Source: Candidatus Fervidifonticultor tertius (GTDB lineage: Bacteria; Sysuimicrobiota; Sysuimicrobiia; Sysuimicrobiales; Humicultoraceae). Taken from it: a stretch of 64,000 bases of DNA. The translations under genes were made by a program, and so were the position numbers. The stretch spans positions 6,559 through 70,558 of the forward strand of contig JAVKIY010000005.1 of NCBI GenBank assembly GCA_031459235.1, written 5' to 3'. The number at the start of each line of letters is the position of its first letter. Position 1 is the first letter of the stretch. Below are positions 35,999 to 45,006 of this stretch, one piece after another. The notes beneath the pieces were generated by a model that ran no database searches, was not told the DNA's origin, and was given only the letters and a program-made list of their open reading frames with translations.

Positions 35999-36772
35999 AT
36001 GCATGCGATCCGTCCAGCCCTGGCCGCGGCGCGCCGCGCCGCCGGCCCGCTCGTTCTGGCGCTCGCCGCTGCCCTGGCGGGCGCCGCGGCGCCACCGCTG
36101 ACGGGCGCCCAGTCCACCACCACCCCCGTCAGCATCGTCGGCAAGCTGCGCGAGCTGAACCAGGCCGCGGTCGAGATCCGCCACATCGCGTTCACCCCGT
36201 CGGTCGGCGCGGTCATCCTGCACGGCCGGAACGACGCGACCTGGATCCGCGTGCCCACGAGCACCGGCGACAAGCTGCGCGAGCTCATCAATGCGGGATC
36301 GCTGATCCGCTACGTCGCTTTCGCCCCGGACGGCGGGTGGGTGATCTTGCACGGCACGAACGAGGCCACCTGGAACGGCATCCCCACAGCCCTCGCTGAC
36401 AAGATCCGCGAGCTCTACGGCGCCGGCAACCAGATGAAGGCCGTGGCCTTCACCCCCTCCGGCGGCTGGATCATCCTGCACGGCGGCAACGGCGCCAACT
36501 GGAGCACGGTGCCGCAGACCGCGGTGGACAAACTGCGCGAACTCAACCAGGCGGGCGAGACCTTCCGGGGCATCGCCTTCTCCGCCGGCGGCTGGGTCCT
36601 GCTCCACGGCGCCAACGAGGCCACCTGGAACGGCATCCCGCAGGGGACCGCCGATAAGATCCGCGAGCTCTACGCCGCCGGCAACCAGATGAAGCAGATC
36701 GCCTTCACCTCGGCGGGCGGCTGGATCATCCTGCACGGCACGAACGCCGCCGTGTGGAGCAACGTGCCCTAG
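35999..36772 (+). CDS. Secreted protein made of five ~43-aa tandem repeats
   Basis: SD GAGGAAGGAG and signal peptide, then 5x P....DK(L/I)REL..AG.....(I/V)AF...GGW.ILHG.N.A.W. Confidence 0.88.
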   Translation: MHAIRPALAAARRAAGPLVLALAAALAGAAAPPLTGAQSTTTPVSIVGKLRELNQAAVEIRHIAFTPSVGAVILHGRNDATWIRVPTSTGDKLRELINAGSLIRYVAFAPDGGWVILHGTNEATWNGIPTALADKIRELYGAGNQMKAVAFTPSGGWIILHGGNGANWSTVPQTAVDKLRELNQAGETFRGIAFSAGGWVLLHGANEATWNGIPQGTADKIRELYAAGNQMKQIAFTSAGGWIILHGTNAAVWSNVP

Positions 36773-38010
36773 CGGCCCAGCGCCTCCGCCATCGCCTCGA
36801 CGGCCTGCTCAAAGCAGGCCATCGGCGGCCGCACGAGCCCGGCGCCGATCTGGCCGACGCCCGGGCGGTGGTGCGCGATCCCGGTGTTGACCCGCGGGGT
36901 GAGGCCGGTGCGCACGACCTTGCGGATATCGATGCCCGTGGGCGTGCCCCGGAAGTCGAGCGGCGGCAGCCCGAAGGCCGGGTTCTCGCCGACCGTAATC
37001 TCGTACATCTCGAGCGTGGCGGCGACGGCCTCGGCGGGCGTGCCCCCGACGAACTTGACAATCGCCGGGGCGGCCGCCATGGCGAAGGCGCCGATGCCGG
37101 CGGTCTCCGTGATGGTGGAATCGCCGATGTCCGGGTTGGCGTCGGCGGCGGAGAATCCCGGGAAGTAGAGGCCGACCGGGACCTCGGCGGGCGCGACGAA
37201 CCAGCGGTCGCCTAGCCCGCTGACGCGGATGCCGAAGTCCGTGCCGTTGCGCGCCATGCAGGTCACGACCGTACTTCCGGCCACCCCGTGGGCCGCGTCC
37301 ATGGTGACCTTGCAGGCGGCCATGACCGGGTTCAGCACCGCCAGGTCGTTGTCGGCGAAGTAGCGCAGCACCGCCTCGAGCGCCTCGGCTGGTAGCCCGA
37401 CGCGCGCCAGGTGCGGCGCGAGCAGCCGGCCGAAGAGCGCCGAGCCGGCGCGGTTGCGGTTGTGTCCTTCGTCGCCCATCGTGAGCTGCTGGGCGATGAG
37501 GCTCTTGAGGTCGAGCCCGCCCATGCGCGCCAGGGCGTCAGCGACCGCGGGGCCCAGCACGTCGTTCATCCAGCGCAGCCGCGCGAGTACGTCGCCGGCG
37601 TAGGCGCCGTAGCGGAGCACCTTGCCGTAGCCCTCGTTCAGGTTGGAGTAGGCCCGCGCGCCCGACCCCCGGTCCTCCACAACGTACACCTGCATCGAGG
37701 CCGTGGTCACGCCGGCCATGGGTCCCACGGCGGCGTGGTGGTGGCAGGGTGCGAGCCGCACGTCGCCGCGCTCCACCAGGGCGACAGCCTCGGCCTCGGT
37801 CGCCGCGAGCCCCTCGAAGAGCAGTCCGCCGATCACCGCCCCGCGCAGCGGCCCGGACGCGCGGTCCCACGTCACCGGTGGCCCGGCGTGGAGGATGAGG
37901 TCGGGCCGCATGCCCGGAATGACGTCCCGGGCGGGCGCGACGCCGACGAGCGCGGGCTGCGCGCCCAGAATGCGGTCGAGGGCGATCTGGTTGGCGGCGT
38001 TGATGTCCAT
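36769..38010 (-). CDS. DUF1116 protein (YlbE/YahG/AllG-like)
   Basis: ILHAGPP, PCHH..AVGPMAG, MGDEGHNRN, RNGTDFGIR, NPDIGDSTITE, NTGIAH. Confidence 0.92.
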   Translation of the reverse strand: MDINAANQIALDRILGAQPALVGVAPARDVIPGMRPDLILHAGPPVTWDRASGPLRGAVIGGLLFEGLAATEAEAVALVERGDVRLAPCHHHAAVGPMAGVTTASMQVYVVEDRGSGARAYSNLNEGYGKVLRYGAYAGDVLARLRWMNDVLGPAVADALARMGGLDLKSLIAQQLTMGDEGHNRNRAGSALFGRLLAPHLARVGLPAEALEAVLRYFADNDLAVLNPVMAACKVTMDAAHGVAGSTVVTCMARNGTDFGIRVSGLGDRWFVAPAEVPVGLYFPGFSAADANPDIGDSTITETAGIGAFAMAAAPAIVKFVGGTPAEAVAATLEMYEITVGENPAFGLPPLDFRGTPTGIDIRKVVRTGLTPRVNTGIAHHRPGVGQIGAGLVRPPMACFEQAVEAMAEALGR

Positions 38011-39777
38011 CTATGCCTCCAGCCGGTCCAGCAGGTCCATCAGGTGCGGCTTGCCGCCCGCGGGCGGCCGCCAGTCCACCGCGACCACCGGCACCCCTTG
38101 GGTCTGCAGGCTCTCCGTGAACAGGTCCAGCCCGACAGAGATCACCGCGGGGCGCCCGGCCAGCAGGCTGGCGATCGGCCCGACCTCGGGCCACGGCGGT
38201 GGAACGGCTGCCGGCGCGACGCGCGACGGCGTCCACGCCGCGCGGGGGGCGCCGCGGCCCTCCAGCACGAGCCCGGCGAGCCGCGCGGCGCGCGCGTTGC
38301 TGTCCTCGACCAGCATGCCGGCCTCGGCCAGAACCTCGCGCTGCGCCGCGGCGTCCTGGGGATCCTCGTCGGTGCCGCACACCGAGCCCACGACCACCAA
38401 GTAGCGGCCGGCCCGGCGGGCCGCCTCGCGCACCTCGCGTAGCACGGGGGCGAGCGCGGTCGCCGGATCGGGGTGCGCGCCGTAGCCCAGCACAACGTCG
38501 AGGTCGATGACCGCGGTCTCGGGATCGGCCGCCTCCTGCCGCAGGCGTTGCAGGCGCAGGGTCGGGTCGAGCATCGGGTGCAGGCGACCCTGGGTGAACT
38601 CGTCCCCGCCCATGTCCACCACCGCGTGCCCGCGGCTGCGGGTCACCGGGTCGAGGACGTCCTCGGGCACCAGGGGCGCATTGGAGTAGATCGGGCCGAT
38701 GTGCGGTCGAAGCAGGACCAGCGTCTCGTAGCACAGCGTGCCACCGGAGAACAGGCCTCGCAGGTAGCGCGCACCCGCGTGCAGGCGCGCGGCCTCCTGG
38801 GCCGGCAGGCCGCGCAGCGCCGGGGGACCCGGATCACCGCCGCCCACGAGCCGCACAGCCTGACGCGCCGCGTCCTCCAGGCTGACTGCAGCGTGAACGT
38901 TGCCGCCGGCGGCGACCTGCGCGCCCAGAAACGCCACGACGACGGGCTTGCCGCATGCCGCCGCGGCGGCCAGCACCGTCGCCGCGACCGCCGGCGCCGG
39001 CGGCTTGCTGACCAGCACGATGACCGCGGTCGCCGGGTCCAGGGCGAGCGCCCGCAGCCCCTGGAGCATCGTCACACCGCCCACCGCCTCGGAGAGGTCG
39101 CGGCTCCCGGTGCCGATGGCGTGGGTGATGCCGGCGCCGAACCGGTGGATGAGGGACGTGACTTCCTGGAGCCCGGTGCCGGCCGCGCCGACGAGCCCGA
39201 TGCGGCCGGCGCGCACGCGGTTGGCGAACCCGAGCGCGGCGCCCGCGATGATCGCGGTGCCGCAGTCCGGGCCCATCAACAGCAGGCCCGCGGCGCGGCT
39301 GCGGGCCTTGAGCTCGATCTCGTGCTCGAGCGGGACGTTGTCGGAAAACAGCAGGACGTGCAGCCCTTCGTCGAGGGCCTCGGCGGCGACCGCCCGCGCG
39401 AACCGGCCGGGGACCGAGACGAGTGCGAGCCGCGCCTGTGGGAGCTGCCGGCGCGCCGCAGCGATGGTCTTCGGCCGGTAGGCGCCGCCCCCGGCGGTCT
39501 CGCGCCGCCGCACCAGCGCCTCCTGCGCGCGAGCCACCGCGGCCTCGGCCTGCTGGAGGGTCGCGGCGCGCGCGGCCACAACCAGATCGTCGGGGCCTGC
39601 GCGGTCCAGGTCGGGAAAGGCCAGCCCACCCTCGCGCAGGAGCGCCTTGTTGGCCTCGGTCGCCATGACGACGCCGGCCTCCTCGACGCCGGGCAACTCG
39701 CGCGCCTCGCGCTGCGCGAGCATCAGGGCCACGGAGTCGAAGTAGGCGCTGCGGCGGACGATCCCGACGACGGGCAC
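38011..39777 (-). CDS. fdrA: FdrA/YahF (AllF-like) acyl-CoA-synthetase-alpha-like protein
   Basis: YFDSVALM, LFSDNV, MGPDCGT, GTGSRDLS, GLFSGGTLCYE, DEFTQGRLHPMLDP, VDWRPPAGG. Confidence 0.92.
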   Translation of the reverse strand: MPVVGIVRRSAYFDSVALMLAQREARELPGVEEAGVVMATEANKALLREGGLAFPDLDRAGPDDLVVAARAATLQQAEAAVARAQEALVRRRETAGGGAYRPKTIAAARRQLPQARLALVSVPGRFARAVAAEALDEGLHVLLFSDNVPLEHEIELKARSRAAGLLLMGPDCGTAIIAGAALGFANRVRAGRIGLVGAAGTGLQEVTSLIHRFGAGITHAIGTGSRDLSEAVGGVTMLQGLRALALDPATAVIVLVSKPPAPAVAATVLAAAAACGKPVVVAFLGAQVAAGGNVHAAVSLEDAARQAVRLVGGGDPGPPALRGLPAQEAARLHAGARYLRGLFSGGTLCYETLVLLRPHIGPIYSNAPLVPEDVLDPVTRSRGHAVVDMGGDEFTQGRLHPMLDPTLRLQRLRQEAADPETAVIDLDVVLGYGAHPDPATALAPVLREVREAARRAGRYLVVVGSVCGTDEDPQDAAAQREVLAEAGMLVEDSNARAARLAGLVLEGRGAPRAAWTPSRVAPAAVPPPWPEVGPIASLLAGRPAVISVGLDLFTESLQTQGVPVVAVDWRPPAGGKPHLMDLLDRLEA

Positions 39778-39813
39778 GCGTGGGCTCCCCCCGAGGCCGC
39801 GCCCCGGCCGCGG

Positions 39814-41139
39814 CTAGGGCGTGCCGGTGGACGGCAGCGCCTGCGCGGTCTGTGTGAGCATCGCCACGGCGCGATTGAGCGGCGCGTCGTCCGGGCTGCC
39901 GATCGGCCCGGTGAAGGACACCTCGATGTCCGGGGGCAGCCCGCGGCCCTCGATGTCGCGGCCGGCGGGCGTGACATACCGGGACACGGTCACGCGCATG
40001 CCGCTGCCGTCGCGCAGGCGGTAGACCGCCTGAACCGTGGCCTTGCCATACGTGCGTGTCCCGATAAGTTTGACACCCGCGTCCTGGAGCGCGCCGGCCA
40101 CGACCTCCGAGGCGCTGGCGCTCCCCCGGTCCACGAGCACGACGAGCGGGCCGGTGTACCGCGGCGCGCGCGGCCGCACCACATAGGCGGTGGACTGGCC
40201 CCGACCGCTCTCCAGCGTGACCACGACCCCGGCCTCCAGGAAGTGGCTCGCGATGTTGACCGCCGCCTCGAGCAGGCCGCCCGGGTTGCCGCGCATGTCG
40301 AGCACGATGCCCCGCGCGCCCTGCTCAAGCAGCGCCCGCAGGCCCTCGGCCACCAGCGCGTCCGAGCCCTGCGTGAACTGGGCCAGCCGAAGATAGCCGA
40401 CCCCGGAGCCCAGGATGCGGGTGGTCACGACGCGTGGCGAGATCCGACGGCGCTCGATTGTCAGGGTGACGGGCTCAACCTGGCCGTTGCGCTGGAGCCG
40501 GAGGGTGACCGTCGTGCCCTCGGCCCCCCGAATCATCTGACTGACCTCTTCCAGCGAGCGCCCCGCGGTCGGCACCCCGTCCACCGCCAGGATGACGTCG
40601 CCCCCCCGCACGCCCGCCTCGCCCGCGGGTGAGTTCTCGAGCACGTCGGTGATCACCGGCTGGCCGGCGCGATCCTCGATGACGATGCCGATGCCGACGA
40701 ACTCCTCGCGGCCGATGCGGCGGTTGAACTGCGCGAACGCCTCGGGCGTATAGAACGCGCTGTTGGGATCGCGAAGCGCCGCCACCATGCCGGCGATCGC
40801 GGCGTGGGCGGCCTGGGCCGGCCGGCGCGACAGCGCGCGGGTGGCCTCGATGCGATGCAGCACCTGATCGACGTCGGTGCGCTCGTCGCCGGTCAGCGTC
40901 AACGCGCCCAGCGACGCCGGGGCCTGGCCCTCTTCGCGGAGGAACTGCCGCAGCCCGGCATCGGCGCCCTGGAGGAGCGTCTCGACCGGCGGGCGGGCGA
41001 GCGCCTCGTCCCGGAGGACGCGGTACGCCTCGACGAAGACCAGCGCGCCGACATCCGTGGACTGCGCGGCGGCGGCGGGCGCGAGCAGCCCCACGATGAG
41101 GACGAGCGTAACGAGCAGGTGCGTCAATCGCGTGCGCAT
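39814..41139 (-). CDS. S41 carboxyl-terminal processing protease (PDZ)
   Basis: Signal peptide, GIGI PDZ, LDMRGNPGGLL, SASASE, TYGKATVQ, RYVTPAG. Confidence 0.93.
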   Translation of the reverse strand: MRTRLTHLLVTLVLIVGLLAPAAAAQSTDVGALVFVEAYRVLRDEALARPPVETLLQGADAGLRQFLREEGQAPASLGALTLTGDERTDVDQVLHRIEATRALSRRPAQAAHAAIAGMVAALRDPNSAFYTPEAFAQFNRRIGREEFVGIGIVIEDRAGQPVITDVLENSPAGEAGVRGGDVILAVDGVPTAGRSLEEVSQMIRGAEGTTVTLRLQRNGQVEPVTLTIERRRISPRVVTTRILGSGVGYLRLAQFTQGSDALVAEGLRALLEQGARGIVLDMRGNPGGLLEAAVNIASHFLEAGVVVTLESGRGQSTAYVVRPRAPRYTGPLVVLVDRGSASASEVVAGALQDAGVKLIGTRTYGKATVQAVYRLRDGSGMRVTVSRYVTPAGRDIEGRGLPPDIEVSFTGPIGSPDDAPLNRAVAMLTQTAQALPSTGTP

Positions 41140-41264
41140 GTCCGGCCTCCGACCCGGGCGTTCAGCGTCAGGTTCGTCGCCGCGACCCGAACCGCCTGCC
41201 GGGCGTCGAACCGCCGTGGCCTTCCCATACCCTACCATCGGCCCCTTCAGGCCGCTTTCCGGCT

Positions 41265-42533
41265 TCAGATGGCGCCGTCCACCACGGAGCGACCGAGCGC
41301 ATAGCGGAGCGCGATCACCCCTGCCACCTCATCGAACTCGGCCGAGGCCAACGTGACCTCCGCCGCCACCAGGGCGGTCTGCGCGTCCACCACCTCGAGG
41401 ATTGACCCGGCGCCGGCGGCGTAGCGGCCCTGCGCGAGCCGCAGGGACTCCTGCGCGAACGCGAGACCGGCTCGGGCGCTGGCGATGCGGGCGCGCGCGT
41501 TGCCGACGGCAAGCAGCGCGGCCACGGCCTGCTGCTGCGCGGTCAACCGCGCCGCGGCCAGCCGCGCCCTCGCCGCGGCGACGGCCGCGGAGGCCGCCTC
41601 GACCTGCGCCTGCACCCGGCCGGCATCCGCCAGCGGCAGGCTGACCGTCCCGCCAACCGTGTAGGTCGTGTTGGTGCTCGGGGTGATGCCCTGGGAGACG
41701 CTGCCGCTCAGGCTCACGCGGAGCCCGTTGCCCGCCTGGGCGAGGGCCAGCCCCGCCTCCGCCGCCTCCAGGTCGGCCTGCGCACGGCGCACGTCCGGCC
41801 GCTGCTCGACGAGCTCCGCCAGCGCGGCGGCGCTCACGGTCACCAGCGGGACGGCGGGCGCCGCGGCCACCGCGATCGGCGCGAGCGGCGGGCTGCCCAG
41901 GGCGGCGTTGAGCTGCGCGCGGCTCTGATCGGCCGCGTTCCGCGCCGCGATGAGCTCACCCTCGGCCGCCGTCAGGGTCGCCTGCGCGCGCACGACGTCG
42001 GCCCGGGGCACCACGCCCGCGGCGAACTGCCCCTCCGCCAGGCGCAGCAACTCGCGGTTCTGCACGACTGCCTGTTCGCGCTGCACTACGGCCCGCTCGG
42101 CCCGGAGCACCGCGACGTAGGCCAGGGCCGCGGTCTGGGCGACGTCCTGGCGGGCGGCGTCCAGGGCGAGCCGCGCCGCGCGCAGGTTCGCCTCGGCCTG
42201 GCGCACTGCGAGCGCGGTCTGGTTGCTGTCGTAGACCACGTAGGACGCGGCGACACCGATGCTGCTCGAGAACCCGGCGGAGGTCGCGGTCCCGCCAGCC
42301 TGGGAGGCACCGCCCGAGGCCGAGACCGTCGGTCCCCGGCCGGCGCGGGCCAGGGCCACGCTGGCCTCGGCCGAACGCACGACCTGGCTCGCGGCGAGGA
42401 CCGCAGGATTGCGGTCGACCGCCGCGGCCACCACGTCGGCGAGGCTCATCGGCCGTGGCACCTGCGCGGCCGCCGGGGTCCCGCCGGCGGTGGCGCCCAG
42501 CAGCATGAGGACGAACAGCGCACACGTGCGCAT
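41265..42533 (-). CDS. tolC: TolC-family outer-membrane efflux protein
   Basis: Signal peptide, RNP, two OEP repeats (QFAAGVVPRADV; RYAAGAGSILEVVDAQ). Confidence 0.88.
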   Translation of the reverse strand: MRTCALFVLMLLGATAGGTPAAAQVPRPMSLADVVAAAVDRNPAVLAASQVVRSAEASVALARAGRGPTVSASGGASQAGGTATSAGFSSSIGVAASYVVYDSNQTALAVRQAEANLRAARLALDAARQDVAQTAALAYVAVLRAERAVVQREQAVVQNRELLRLAEGQFAAGVVPRADVVRAQATLTAAEGELIAARNAADQSRAQLNAALGSPPLAPIAVAAAPAVPLVTVSAAALAELVEQRPDVRRAQADLEAAEAGLALAQAGNGLRVSLSGSVSQGITPSTNTTYTVGGTVSLPLADAGRVQAQVEAASAAVAAARARLAAARLTAQQQAVAALLAVGNARARIASARAGLAFAQESLRLAQGRYAAGAGSILEVVDAQTALVAAEVTLASAEFDEVAGVIALRYALGRSVVDGAI

Positions 42534-42565
42534 GCGGAGCCTCCTGACGCCTCGTCCGGGGAGTG

Positions 42566-43066
42566 CTACTGCATTCGCTGCTCGAGCGACCGGATCATGC
42601 CGTCGAACAGGCGCGCCCGCAGTTGGGCCCGCCGCTCCTCGGACGCGGCGGCCTGCCCACCGGGCCCGAGCGGCGAGAAGCCAAACGGCCTGGGCCCCGG
42701 CGGGCGGACGCCGTCTGTGGCCTCGGCGCGCTCGCGGAACCGCCGGCGTGCCTCACGCAGCGCCTCGACCTGTTCCGGGGTGAGCGCCGCGCGGATCGAC
42801 CGCGCGAGTGACGCGGCCGCGCGCACGTCGCCGGCCGGGACGTCGCGTAGCGCCCGCAGGAGCGGCAGGATGGTCGCGATCTGCTCCCTCGTCAGCCTGG
42901 TCTGTGGCCTCGACTCCAGCACCCGCAGCGCGACCAGCGTCGCCATCGCGGGGTCGCGCCGCCCGCCGGCCTCGGCGGGGGGCCGCTGCTGCGTGTAGTA
43001 CCAGGCGGCGCCCGCCGCGACGACCACGGCCGCCGCGCCTGCCACTGCCAGCCACCTGCGCGTCAT
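42566..43066 (-). CDS. Membrane-anchored hypothetical protein with two LTxxQ motifs
   Basis: N-terminal TM, LTREQ and LTPEQ motifs, SD GGAGGAG; lies inside the efflux operon. Confidence 0.75.
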   Translation of the reverse strand: MTRRWLAVAGAAAVVVAAGAAWYYTQQRPPAEAGGRRDPAMATLVALRVLESRPQTRLTREQIATILPLLRALRDVPAGDVRAAASLARSIRAALTPEQVEALREARRRFRERAEATDGVRPPGPRPFGFSPLGPGGQAAASEERRAQLRARLFDGMIRSLEQRMQ

Positions 43067-43087
43067 CGTCTCCTCCGCTCCACGGCG

Positions 43088-44299
43088 CTACTCGTGTCGC
43101 AGCGCCTCGATGGGGTCGAGCCGGGCCGCGCGCTGCGCCGGGTAGAGGCCGAAGAAGAGGCCCACCGCCAGCGCGAACGAGAACGCCAGCGCGACCGCTG
43201 ACGGCGCGAGCAGCGTCGCCCAGCCCGCGAACTGCGCGATCAGGCGCGTGGCGAGCACTCCGAGCCCGATCCCGAGGATCCCGCCGCCGGCGCTCAGCGC
43301 GACCGCTTCCACCAGGAACTGCATCAGGATGTCGCGCCGGCGCGCGCCCACGGCCTTGCGGATGCCGATCTCCCGGGTGCGCTCGGTCACCGACACCAGC
43401 ATGATATTCATGATACCGATGCCGCCAACGACCAGCGACACCGCGGCGATCCCCCCCAGGAGCACGGTCATCGTCTGCGCGACCCCTGTCAGTGTCTGGA
43501 GGACGTCGGCCTGGCTGCGGATGGTGAAGTCGTCGGCCTGCCCCGGCGCCAGCCGGTGGCGGGTACGCATCAGCGCGGTCAGGGCCTCTTCCGCGTCGGG
43601 CATCTGCGCCTCCGAGGCCACCTGAACCTGGATCGAGCTGACCGAGCGCGTGCCAAACAGCCGGCGCTGCGCCGTGGTGATCGGCACGAGCACGACGTCG
43701 TCCCGGTCGAAGAACGCGGTGGCGCCCTTGGACTCGAGCACCCCGACGACCGTAAAGGTCACCCCGCGGATCTTCACCTGGGCGCCCACGGGGTCGACCT
43801 CGCCGAACAGGCGCGCGGCCACGGTCTGGCCGAGCAGCGCGACACGGGCGCGGGCGCGCAGCTCGTCGTCGGTGAAGTAGCTGCCACGGACGGTCCGGAA
43901 GTTGCGGACGGTCTCGTACTCCGGGGTCACCCCCAGGACGCGCGTGAAGGTGTTCTCGGCACGGTAGACGACCTGGGCCTGCCGCTGCAGCTCGGCGCTC
44001 ACGCCGGTGACGCCCGGCACCTCGGCGCGGATCGCCTCGGCGTCCTCCAGGGTGAGCGACTGCGCGGGCTCGGCGCGGGCCACCCCGCCCACCGACGGCG
44101 TGCCCGCGAAGACCGTCAGCAGGTTGCTGCCGAGCGCCTGCACCTGCTCGGTGGTCGCCTGGCGCGCGCCCTGGCCGATCGCCACCATGGTGACGACCGA
44201 CGCGACGCCGATGATGACCCCGAGCGCGGTGAGCAGCGACCGGAGCGGGTTAGCCCACATCGCTCGGACCGCCACGCGGGCGCTCGCGAGCAGGGTCAC
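43088..44299 (-). CDS. MacB-type ABC permease
   Basis: [60 protein letters not shown]. Confidence 0.95.
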   Translation of the reverse strand: MTLLASARVAVRAMWANPLRSLLTALGVIIGVASVVTMVAIGQGARQATTEQVQALGSNLLTVFAGTPSVGGVARAEPAQSLTLEDAEAIRAEVPGVTGVSAELQRQAQVVYRAENTFTRVLGVTPEYETVRNFRTVRGSYFTDDELRARARVALLGQTVAARLFGEVDPVGAQVKIRGVTFTVVGVLESKGATAFFDRDDVVLVPITTAQRRLFGTRSVSSIQVQVASEAQMPDAEEALTALMRTRHRLAPGQADDFTIRSQADVLQTLTGVAQTMTVLLGGIAAVSLVVGGIGIMNIMLVSVTERTREIGIRKAVGARRRDILMQFLVEAVALSAGGGILGIGLGVLATRLIAQFAGWATLLAPSAVALAFSFALAVGLFFGLYPAQRAARLDPIEALRHE

Positions 44300-45000
44300 C
44301 GCCCCGCCCCCCGCGCGGGGGCTCCCCGCAGTGGCGCGTCGCGCACGATCCGGCCATCGCGGAACTGCACCAGCCGCCGGGCGTGCGCGGCGATGTCGGC
44401 CTCGTGCGTGACCAGGACGATGGTCATCCCCCCGCCCGCCAGATCCCGCAGCAGCCCCATGATCTCCTCGGCGGTCGCGGAGTCCAGGTTGCCCGTGGGC
44501 TCGTCCGCCAGGATGATCGCCGGCCGCATCACCAGCGCACGGGCGATCGCCACGCGCTGCTGCTCACCCCCGGAGAGCTGGGTCGGGAGGTGGCCGGCGC
44601 GCTCCCGGAGCCCGACCTGCTCGAGCGCCGCCAGCGCCCGCGCGCGCCGGTCGGCGACCCCGGCGTAGATCATCGGCAGCTCGACGTTCTCCACCGCGGG
44701 CGTCCGCGGGAGCAGGTTGAACGACTGGAAGACGAACCCGATGCGCCGGTTCCGCAGCCGGGCGAGCGCGACGTCGTCCAGCGTCGAGGTGTCCGTGCCG
44801 TCCAGGCGGTACGTCCCCGCCGTGGGGCGGTCGAGCAGCCCCAGGATGTTCATGCACGTGGACTTGCCCGACCCGCTCGGCCCCATGATCGCGACGAACT
44901 CGCCGGCGTCGATGCGGAGCGAGACGCCGCGCAGCGCCCAGACCTCCACGCCGTCCATGCGGTAGACCTTCTCCACATCGCGCAGCTCGATCAGCGCCAC
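44296..45000 (-). CDS. MacB/LolD-type ABC ATPase
   Basis: [37 protein letters not shown]. Confidence 0.95.
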   Translation of the reverse strand: MALIELRDVEKVYRMDGVEVWALRGVSLRIDAGEFVAIMGPSGSGKSTCMNILGLLDRPTAGTYRLDGTDTSTLDDVALARLRNRRIGFVFQSFNLLPRTPAVENVELPMIYAGVADRRARALAALEQVGLRERAGHLPTQLSGGEQQRVAIARALVMRPAIILADEPTGNLDSATAEEIMGLLRDLAGGGMTIVLVTHEADIAAHARRLVQFRDGRIVRDAPLRGAPARGAGR

Positions 45001-45006
45001 GGCCGG

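Noticed and set aside
36120-36770. CRISPR array or DGR template/variable repeat
   Set aside because: The repeats are in-frame coding units, differences are not adenine-specific, and no cas or reverse transcriptase gene is present.
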